DNA of 64,000 nucleotides from Candidatus Eiseniibacteriota bacterium (GTDB lineage Bacteria; Eisenbacteria; RBG-16-71-46): NCBI GenBank assembly GCA_963776245.1, contig CAVZLN010000003.1, positions 960,001 to 1,024,000 of the forward strand, read 5' to 3'. Shown piece by piece: positions 9,660 to 17,074 of this stretch (position 1 is its first letter; each line of letters starts with the position of its first letter). The notes under the pieces were generated by a model. It saw only the letters and a program-made list of their open reading frames with translations, ran no database searches and was not told where the DNA came from. The position numbers and the translations under genes were made by a program.

Positions 9660-10274
9660 GTGACCGAAGTCTCCCTCGTCGCTGGCCGTGTCCCGAGGCA
9701 TCGAGCGCCATCCCGCATGTTCCTCGCACCGCGATCCAAGGTCGTGAAGCACTGCCCCTCCGGGCATGTCCTCGAGCGCACCGCGATGACCTGTCCGCGC
9801 TGCGGCACCGCCGCGCCCGCGGGCCCGGCCGCGGAACCGGACCCGGCCGATGCCACCATCGTGAGCAGCGCGCCGCGTCGCCCGGATGTCGCCCCCGCAC
9901 GCGCACCCGCACCCGCGCCTGCGCCCGCACCCACACCCGCGCCCGTCCTGCTCTGGGAGCTGGTGGGCACCGTGGGCCCGGTCGAGGGACAGCGCTTCAC
10001 GCTCGCGGCCGGGCGCACGCGGATCGGCAAGGCGCCGGGGAAGTCCGGGGACGGCCCGACGCTCGAGATCGCCGACACCTTCCTGTCGCGCGAGCACGCG
10101 GTGCTCGAGGTGGGCGCCGAGGGCGTGGTGCTGCGCGATCTGGGCTCCACCAATGGCACGTTCGTGAACGGCGTGCGCACGTCGGGCGGGGTGTTGCGCG
10201 CGGGGGACCTGCTGACGCTCGGGCGCTGCGGGTTCTCGGTGGTCCGCGTGGAGCCGGGGGGCGGGACGCCATGA
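9660..10274 (+). CDS. Zinc-ribbon + Pro/Ala linker + FHA domain protein
   Basis: CPSGH..CPRC; PAPAPA linker; FHA motifs IGK, SREHA, DLGSTNGTFVNG. Confidence 0.8.
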   Translation: MTEVSLVAGRVPRHRAPSRMFLAPRSKVVKHCPSGHVLERTAMTCPRCGTAAPAGPAAEPDPADATIVSSAPRRPDVAPARAPAPAPAPAPTPAPVLLWELVGTVGPVEGQRFTLAAGRTRIGKAPGKSGDGPTLEIADTFLSREHAVLEVGAEGVVLRDLGSTNGTFVNGVRTSGGVLRAGDLLTLGRCGFSVVRVEPGGGTP

Positions 10275-12010
10275 CCCGCATCGCGGTGCGCGACGTGGCG
10301 AGCGGTCGCGCCTGGACCATCGCTCCCGGCGGAGCGGTGATCGGCCGCGACCCGGGCTGCGACATCGCGCTCGACGACTCGTCGGTCTCGCGCACGCACG
10401 CCCGGCTGGTTCCAGAGGGAGCGCGCTGGATCATCGAGGACGCCGGCAGCCAGAACGGCACCTACGTGAACGACGTCGCGGTGAAGCGCCAGCTCGTGGT
10501 GCCGGGGGACCGGATCGGGCTGGGCTCGACGCTGGTGCTCGAGGTGCTGGAGGCTCCCGAGGGCCCGCGGGCCGCCGCCCGCGCGCGCGCCCAGCGGCCG
10601 GACGAAGCGCGGGAAGGCTCGGAGGCCGGAGAGTCCGCGCCGGCGGCGTCCCGCGCGGCCGCCGGGCGGGACCCGTGGTGGGTCGAGGTCCGCCACGAGC
10701 TCGAACCGGACGATCGCACGGCGCAGCCGCGCCTGACGCTGCGGCCGGGCGTGCACGTCATCGGTCGCGACGAGCGCGCCGACGTGCGACTGGACGACGA
10801 GAGCATCTCGCGCGCGCACGCGCGCCTCGAGGTGAGCCCGGGGGCCATCACGGTGGTCGACCTCAAGAGCCGCAATGGCACGCTGGTGAACGGCGAGCCG
10901 GTCCGCACCGCGCCGCTGCGCGACGGCGACCAGGTGGTCTTCGGGGAACTGGGGTTCACCCTCCATCGCCGGACCGCGTTCGCCTGGCGGCGCGTCGGGC
11001 TGGTGGCGGCCGCTCTCGCCGGGCTGGCGCTGGTGGTGGCGGCGGGATGCGTGGCCACCCGGGCGCTCTCGGAGCGCCGCGTGATCGGCGCGGAGGCGCG
11101 GCATCTGAAGGCCGAGGCGATCGCCAGCATGGAGCGCGGCATCGCGGCGTCGCGCGCGGGCGAAGCGGACTTCGCGCGCGCCCATCTGGTCTACGCCGGC
11201 GACCTGCTGGTGCTCTCGGGGCTGGCGCCGCGCGGGGCCTCGCTGGAGGAGCCCGAGGCGCTGTTCGAGGAGCTGCGCCGCGGGCTCCCGGCGGCCGACC
11301 GGGGGTTCGACTTCGCCGCAGCGCTCGGCGCGGGCCGCGCCGGAGCGTCCACCGCACCGGTCGCGGGGCTGAGCGTGGCCGAGTACGTCGCCCGCCAGAC
11401 CCGCCTGTACGCGATCGAGCTCGGGCAGGACCCCGACGTGCCGCCGGGGTTCGTCGCCTCGGTGCAACAGGTGGTCGAGGAGACCCAGCGCTATCCCGCC
11501 AAGTTCCGCGCCACCCTGCGCCGCGCGCGCACGCTCCAGCCGAGGCTGCGGCGGCTGGTCGCGAAGGAGTCCCTGCCGGAGGTGTTCTGCTACCTCGCGT
11601 GGGTGGAGAGCGATCTCGATTCGACCAAGCGGAGCGCGGCGGGGGCGTGCGGCCTGTGGCAGTTGATGCCCGCCACCGCCCGCCAGTATCACCTGCGGGT
11701 GGATGCCGCGGTGGACGAACGCACCGGGGTCACGCGCTCGACCCACGCCGCCGCGCGCTACATCGGCAACCTGATCCGCAAGTTCGGCCGCGAGCAGTTC
11801 ATGTGCGCGCTCGCCTCGTACAACCGGGGTGAGCACGGGGTGTGGGCGAAGATGGAGCAGATCGAGGACCCGATGATGGCGTCCTCGCTCAAGTACTGGT
11901 ACCTGGTCGAGCACGGGAAGCTCCCCGCGCAGACCGCCGACTATGTCCCGCGGATCTTCGCCACGCGCATCATGGCCGAAGACCCCGCGCGGTTCGGGCT
12001 CGCGCCATGA
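10271..12010 (+). CDS. Tandem FHA-FHA, TM, lytic transglycosylase (SLT/GH23, MltD-like) fusion
   Basis: Two FHA domains (GRD..VSRTHA..SQNGT; GRD..ISRAHA..SRNGT), a hydrophobic segment, then WVES, GACGLWQLMPATA, ALASYNRG and YVPRI SLT motifs; ATGA overlap with the upstream gene. Confidence 0.88.
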   Translation: MTRIAVRDVASGRAWTIAPGGAVIGRDPGCDIALDDSSVSRTHARLVPEGARWIIEDAGSQNGTYVNDVAVKRQLVVPGDRIGLGSTLVLEVLEAPEGPRAAARARAQRPDEAREGSEAGESAPAASRAAAGRDPWWVEVRHELEPDDRTAQPRLTLRPGVHVIGRDERADVRLDDESISRAHARLEVSPGAITVVDLKSRNGTLVNGEPVRTAPLRDGDQVVFGELGFTLHRRTAFAWRRVGLVAAALAGLALVVAAGCVATRALSERRVIGAEARHLKAEAIASMERGIAASRAGEADFARAHLVYAGDLLVLSGLAPRGASLEEPEALFEELRRGLPAADRGFDFAAALGAGRAGASTAPVAGLSVAEYVARQTRLYAIELGQDPDVPPGFVASVQQVVEETQRYPAKFRATLRRARTLQPRLRRLVAKESLPEVFCYLAWVESDLDSTKRSAAGACGLWQLMPATARQYHLRVDAAVDERTGVTRSTHAAARYIGNLIRKFGREQFMCALASYNRGEHGVWAKMEQIEDPMMASSLKYWYLVEHGKLPAQTADYVPRIFATRIMAEDPARFGLAP

Positions 12011-13308
12011 GCGCCGTCGTCGCCCGGGGGCGGGTGATGTTCGCGGCGGTCGGGCTGGCCGCCGTGCTGGGCGCCGCGCGTCCGGCCAGCGGCGCGCTCT
12101 CCATCGACCTGGTGGAGCGCGAGCGCGGGACGTACCGCGTCTGGGTCACCGCGCTCGACGATCGCGGCCGCCCGCTGCCGGAGATGGCCTCGCGGCTGTC
12201 GGTGTGGCTCGACGATCAGCCCGCGTCGCGGCTGGAGGTGGTTCCGGCGCGGACCCTGCATCCCGGCCTCGATCTCGAGCTGCTGGTGGACGCCGCGCTG
12301 CTCGACGCGGGGCTGGGGCAGGGCGTGCGCGACGCGCTCGCGGAAGCCGGCACGACGCTCGAGGACGGGGATCGCGTGCGCGTGACCGTGCTCGGGCGAC
12401 GGGACCGCGGCGCCGAGCGGCCGGTCGCCCGGATCGCCGAACTGCCGGGCCTGCTGGCCGAGCTGCGCACCGAGGGCACGCCGCGGCTCTACGACGCGCT
12501 GTTCGCCGCGGTGCAGCGCATCGCGCAGCGATCGCAGGCGTGGATGGGCACGGTCCTGCTCGTCACCGCGGGCCGCGACGACGGGAGCCGGCACCGCTCG
12601 GTCGACGTGCTGGCGCTCGCCCGCCATGGCCGGCTCACCCCGCTGCACGTGGTGATGGTCGAGTCCGCCGAGGGACCGCCCGGAGGCGGGCTGCTGGCGC
12701 GGCTCGCCGAGGAGACCGGCGGGTCGCTGACCGTGGCGGATACCCCGGACGCGCTGCCGGAGGCCGTCCGCGCGGTCGTCGGCCGCCAGGCGGGGCGGGT
12801 GGTGGCGCGGTTCGAGGCGCCCTCCGGGGGGACCGGGGCGGCGCGCCACGTGCTGCGCGTGCGCGCCGTCGGGGACAGCGCGACGTGGACCGCGGCGAGC
12901 GAGTTCGCGGACGGCGAGGTCGCGGCCCCCGCGTCCTGGACCGCGTTCGGCGCGCTCGCGGCGATCGGTGTCGCGAGCGCGCTCCTGGCGCTGCTCCTGC
13001 TGCGGCCGCGCCGCCGCTGCCTGCTGGTGGTCGAGGAGGGGTTCCAGCGCGGGTGCTGGTTCGAGGTCTTCGACCTGCCCGTGACCGTCGGCGCCGGGCC
13101 CACCAACGATATCGTGCTCCCGGATCCGCGGGTCTCGCGCAATCACCTGATGCTGGTCCGCCGCGGCCGGGGGATCGCCGTGTCCGACCTCAATTCCGAG
13201 AACGGCACCGCACTGAACGGAGAACGCGTGACGCACGAGCTGCTGCGCGATGGAGACCGCCTGAGCCTCGGTGAGGCCGTCACGCTGGTGTTCGAGGCGC
13301 CCCGATGA
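12007..13308 (+). CDS. Signal peptide + vWA-like domain + TM + FHA domain protein
   Basis: Hydrophobic N-terminus; TPRLYDAL, LLVTAGRD and LAEETGG vWA-like motifs; TM; C-terminal FHA VSRNH..DLNSENGT. Confidence 0.72.
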   Translation: MSAVVARGRVMFAAVGLAAVLGAARPASGALSIDLVERERGTYRVWVTALDDRGRPLPEMASRLSVWLDDQPASRLEVVPARTLHPGLDLELLVDAALLDAGLGQGVRDALAEAGTTLEDGDRVRVTVLGRRDRGAERPVARIAELPGLLAELRTEGTPRLYDALFAAVQRIAQRSQAWMGTVLLVTAGRDDGSRHRSVDVLALARHGRLTPLHVVMVESAEGPPGGGLLARLAEETGGSLTVADTPDALPEAVRAVVGRQAGRVVARFEAPSGGTGAARHVLRVRAVGDSATWTAASEFADGEVAAPASWTAFGALAAIGVASALLALLLLRPRRRCLLVVEEGFQRGCWFEVFDLPVTVGAGPTNDIVLPDPRVSRNHLMLVRRGRGIAVSDLNSENGTALNGERVTHELLRDGDRLSLGEAVTLVFEAPR

Positions 13309-14246
13309 CGGTCGGCGCGGACCTCGGGCGCGCCGCGTTCCGCGCCACGTCGGCCACGGATGTCGGCCGCCGCCGCAAGGGGAACGAGGACCGCCACGGC
13401 ATCTTCGTGCGCCCCGCCGCGGCCGGCCAGCCCGAATGCACCCTGCTCGTGGTCGCCGACGGCATGGGCGGCGCGAACGCGGGTGAGGTGGCCAGTGCCA
13501 TCGCGCTCGAGACCGTCTCGCGGATCTTCCTCGGCGGCGGCGGAGCCGGCCTGCCCGACCTGTTGCGCCGCTCGCTGGAAGCGGCGAACCACGAGATCCA
13601 CGCGCGCGCCAACCGCGAGCCGGCGCTCGCCGGGATGGGCACGACGTGCACGGCGGTGGCCGTGGAAGGCGCCGATGTGGTGGTCGCGCACGTGGGCGAC
13701 AGCCGCGGGTACCGGGTGGGGAAGGGCGGCGTCCGGCAGATCACGCAGGACCATTCGCTGGTCGCGCGGCTGGTGGAGCAGGGGTTGCTGACCCCGGCGC
13801 AGGCGAAGGTGGATCCGCGGCACAACATGGTGACCCGCAGCCTCGGAGTGGAAGCGGAGGTCGAGGTGGACATCGAGCGGATCGACGGGCCGCTGGCGCC
13901 CGGCGAGACCCTGCTGGTGTGCTCGGACGGACTGCACGGCCTGGTGGCGGACGAGGAGCTGGCGAGGATCGCGGCGGGGCCCTCCCTCGGGGACGCGTGC
14001 GCTGCGCTCATCCGACTCGCGAACGAGCGCGGCGGCCCCGACAACATCACGGTCATCCTCGGCCGGCTGGAGGCCGGGGACGGGTCCGCCGGCCCCGAGA
14101 CCACGGACGCCGCCGGCCCCGCCGCCCTCCCGGCGCCCGTCCGGGCCCGGCTCGCGGCGCGGACGAAGTGGTTGCTCTTCCTATCGCTGCTGCTGCTCCT
14201 CGGGGCGCTGGCCGCCCTGGCCTGGCTGGTGTCCCGTCTGCTGTGA
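13305..14246 (+). CDS. PP2C-type Ser/Thr phosphatase (PppA/Stp1-like) with C-terminal TM
   Basis: TDVGRRRKGNED, VADGMGG, GMGTT, HVGDSR, TQDHS, CSDGL and GGPDNIT motifs. Confidence 0.95.
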   Translation: MTVGADLGRAAFRATSATDVGRRRKGNEDRHGIFVRPAAAGQPECTLLVVADGMGGANAGEVASAIALETVSRIFLGGGGAGLPDLLRRSLEAANHEIHARANREPALAGMGTTCTAVAVEGADVVVAHVGDSRGYRVGKGGVRQITQDHSLVARLVEQGLLTPAQAKVDPRHNMVTRSLGVEAEVEVDIERIDGPLAPGETLLVCSDGLHGLVADEELARIAAGPSLGDACAALIRLANERGGPDNITVILGRLEAGDGSAGPETTDAAGPAALPAPVRARLAARTKWLLFLSLLLLLGALAALAWLVSRLL

Positions 14247-14270
14247 AACCCGACCCCGGAGAGCCCGGCC

Positions 14271-14299
14271 TTGACGACTCCGCGCCGCCCTCCTAGTCT
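14271..14299 (+). promoter_or_regulatory. sigma70-type promoter TTGACG-N17-TAGTCT for tssJKLM
   Basis: -35 at 14271, -10 at 14294, 17 nt spacer; ATG 7 nt after the -10. Confidence 0.65.
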
Positions 14300-14306
14300 C
14301 CGCCAC

Positions 14307-14804
14307 ATGAAAGGTAAGCCGATGCGACTCATCGCGCTTCGGGTGCGCGGCGCTTGCGCCGCGGCGCTCGTGGCTGCCGCCCTGACCGGCCCCGGGTGCG
14401 CGCATGCCCCGCTCGTGGGCCAGAAGCAGTTCCATCTCACGCTCATCGCCGCGCCCGACCTCAACAGCACGGTGAAGGGCCGCGGCTCGCTGCTCGGGGT
14501 CCGCGTGGTGCAGGTCTCGGCTCCGAGCGAGGCCCGGCTCATCAGCACCAAGGTCTCGGACGTGTGGGAGAAGGAGAAGGACTTCTTCGGGACCGCCTAC
14601 CTGAGCGTGACGGAATACACGCTCCTGCCGGGCACCACCCAGGAACTCACGCTGCCGCTCGAGAAGGGCGCGAAGGCGATCGTCGTGCTCGGCGCGTTCT
14701 TCAAGCCGACGGGGGAGTGCTGGCACACCGAGCACCTGCTGTCCCAGGGCGGGAACGTGCGCCTGCCGGCCGGCGCCAACTGCTTCTCGCCCCCCAAGAA
14801 CTGA
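14307..14804 (+). CDS. tssJ: T6SS outer-membrane lipoprotein TssJ
   Basis: Lipobox-like GPGC; AAPDLN, LGVRVVQ, LLPG and VLGAFF motifs; directly upstream of tssK. Confidence 0.8.
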   Translation: MKGKPMRLIALRVRGACAAALVAAALTGPGCAHAPLVGQKQFHLTLIAAPDLNSTVKGRGSLLGVRVVQVSAPSEARLISTKVSDVWEKEKDFFGTAYLSVTEYTLLPGTTQELTLPLEKGAKAIVVLGAFFKPTGECWHTEHLLSQGGNVRLPAGANCFSPPKN

Positions 14805-14819
14805 ACCAGGAAGGCTCCG

Positions 14820-16166
14820 GTGAACCCTCATCGCCGCGTGGTGTGGAGCGAGGGCATGCTCCTCGTTCCGCAGCACTTCCAGCAGCTGGAGCGGAGCGTG
14901 CTGCACACCGTGACCGACCGGTTCCGCAACGCGCACGCGTTCGACTGGGGACTCACGTCCATCGAGATCGACCGCGACGCGTTGCGCAACGGCCGGTTCG
15001 CCCTCACCAGCGCCAGCGGCGTGTTCCCCGATGGCACCCCGTTCGCGATGCCGGCCCGCGACCCGCTGCCCTCCCCACGCACGGTCGAGGGTCACTTCGA
15101 TCCCAAGCGCGACCTGCTGGTGCACCTCGGCCTGCCGATCGAGCAGGCGGGGCGCGCGCGCGTCGGCGCCGCGGCGAAGCCCGGGGCGCCCGGGCCGCGC
15201 TACTCCGAGGAGTCCGGCGAGATCGACGACGGCAACACCGGCGGGGATGCGCGCGCGATCGCGATCGCGCGTCCCAACCCGGTGCTGCTGTTCCCCGATG
15301 ACGCGCTGGGCGACCACGACGCGATCCCGATCGCCGAGGTGTTCCGCGATCCGCAGTCGGGGTTCGCGGTGCGCGAGAGCTACGTCCCGCCGGCGCTGGC
15401 CATCGGCGCGTCCGCCGAGCTGATGCGGGTGCTCGAGGCGCTCCACGGGCAGGTGCTCTCGAAGAGCAGCGAGCTGGCGAACCGCCGGCGCGAGCAGGGC
15501 GGCCTCGCCGACTTCGGCACCGGCGACTTCCGGAGCTACCTGCAGTTCCACACCGTCAACGCGGCCATCCCGCTGCTCCAGCACGCGGTCAGCCAGCGGC
15601 GGATCCATCCCGAGGCGCTCTACCTCATGCTCGCGCGCCTGGCGGGTGAGCTGTCGGCGTTCTCGCTCAAGGTCAAGCCCGCGGACGTGCCGGCCTACGA
15701 GCACGGGGGGCTGCGCGAGACGTTCGCGCGGCTGCGCGCGATCCTCTCCGAGCTGCTCGAGTCGAAGGAGATCGTGAGCACGCTCCAGATCCCGCTCGAG
15801 CGGGACGGCTTCACGCACGTCGCCCGGCTCGAGGACGCGCGCCTGCTGGAGCCCTCGACCCGGATGTTCCTCGGGGTCGCGAGCGACCTCGACGAGGCGC
15901 GCCTGATCGGCGACCTGCCGAACGTCATCAAGATCGCCTCCCGCGACCGCATCGACGCCATCATCGCGGGCGGACTGCGCGGGCTGCCGATCCGCTTCGA
16001 GCACAACCCGCCGGGCACGCTCCAGACCCGCTCGATGTTCCGCTACTTCCAGATCGAGCCACGCGGCGACGAGTGGGACGCGATCAAGGGGGCGCGCAAT
16101 CTCGCGATCTTCGTCCCCGCGCACATCCCCAACGTCACGCTCCAGCTCCTCGGACACCTGGGCTAG
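14820..16166 (+). CDS. tssK: T6SS baseplate protein TssK
   Basis: VVWSEGMLLVPQHFQQ, WG..., SGVFPDGT, YVPP, HPEALY, YEH and YFQIE motifs. Confidence 0.95.
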   Translation: MNPHRRVVWSEGMLLVPQHFQQLERSVLHTVTDRFRNAHAFDWGLTSIEIDRDALRNGRFALTSASGVFPDGTPFAMPARDPLPSPRTVEGHFDPKRDLLVHLGLPIEQAGRARVGAAAKPGAPGPRYSEESGEIDDGNTGGDARAIAIARPNPVLLFPDDALGDHDAIPIAEVFRDPQSGFAVRESYVPPALAIGASAELMRVLEALHGQVLSKSSELANRRREQGGLADFGTGDFRSYLQFHTVNAAIPLLQHAVSQRRIHPEALYLMLARLAGELSAFSLKVKPADVPAYEHGGLRETFARLRAILSELLESKEIVSTLQIPLERDGFTHVARLEDARLLEPSTRMFLGVASDLDEARLIGDLPNVIKIASRDRIDAIIAGGLRGLPIRFEHNPPGTLQTRSMFRYFQIEPRGDEWDAIKGARNLAIFVPAHIPNVTLQLLGHLG

Positions 16167-16169
16167 CCG

Positions 16170-17066
16170 GTGTTCGGATCGAAGGGTCCTCGCACGCGGC
16201 CGGGGAGCGCGCCCCGTCCTCCGGCCCGCGGCTCCGGTCCGTCGCCCGGCGCCGACGAGACCATCATCCTGCCCGGACGCCGGGCCGGCGCTCCCACCCC
16301 GTCCCGGGCGACGCCGCCCGAGCCGCCGCGGGAGTTCCCGTCCTTCGCCGGAGGCTCCGCGTCCCCGTCCATCCGGTCGGGGGCCGCGGCCGCGCCGGCG
16401 CGCGCCCGGCTCGTCGACCTCGCCGCCAGCTGGCTGGCGACGGTGCTCGCGCTGGCCCGCGTGAAGGAGCTGCCCGACGCGGCGGTGGTGCGCACCCGCG
16501 CGCTCGAGCTGAGGGCGCGCTTCGAGCAGGAGGCGCAGGGCGGGGGCTTCGACGGCCAGGACGTCCAGGACGCGCTGCTCGCGCTGGTCGCGTTCCTCGA
16601 CGAGACCGTGCTGTCGGTGCGCGGCTCGGCGCGCGACGCGTGGCTCTCGCGCCCGCTCGGGCTCGAGCTGTTCGGGCGCAACGATCTGGGCGAGGTGTTC
16701 TTCGACCGCCTCGATGTCCTGCGCGCGGCGCGCGAGGGCCGCATCGAGGCGCTCGAGGTGTACTACGCCTGTCTGATGTTCGGCTTCTCCGGCCGCTACC
16801 GCATGAGTCCGCCCGAACGCCTGGCCCAGCTCACGTCCGAGGTCGGCCGGGACGTCTCGGTGGTGCGCGGCGTGTCGCCCACGGTGCTCTCGCCCGCCGC
16901 CGCGCGGCCGGCGGAGCGCGCCGGAGCGAGCCTCTCCGGCGTGCCGCGCTGGATCCCGGTGGCCGCCGCGGTCAGCGCCGTCCTGCTGGCATTCCTGATC
17001 ATCTTCCTCGCGAACTCCGTCACCGGCTGCTCGGCCTCGGGCACCATCGGACGGCTCGCGGGCTGA
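16170..17066 (+). CDS. tssL: T6SS membrane complex protein TssL (DotU), no OmpA domain
   Basis: ALVAFLDETVL, W..RPL..ELFG, GEVFFDRL and LEVYYACLMFGFSGRY DotU motifs; C-terminal TM. Confidence 0.93.
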   Translation: MFGSKGPRTRPGSAPRPPARGSGPSPGADETIILPGRRAGAPTPSRATPPEPPREFPSFAGGSASPSIRSGAAAAPARARLVDLAASWLATVLALARVKELPDAAVVRTRALELRARFEQEAQGGGFDGQDVQDALLALVAFLDETVLSVRGSARDAWLSRPLGLELFGRNDLGEVFFDRLDVLRAAREGRIEALEVYYACLMFGFSGRYRMSPPERLAQLTSEVGRDVSVVRGVSPTVLSPAAARPAERAGASLSGVPRWIPVAAAVSAVLLAFLIIFLANSVTGCSASGTIGRLAG

Positions 17067-17074
17067 GGGCTCGC

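Noticed and set aside
9893..9945. GCACCC-type hexamer repeats
   Set aside because: They encode the Pro-Ala linker of the FHA protein; low-complexity coding sequence, not an independent element
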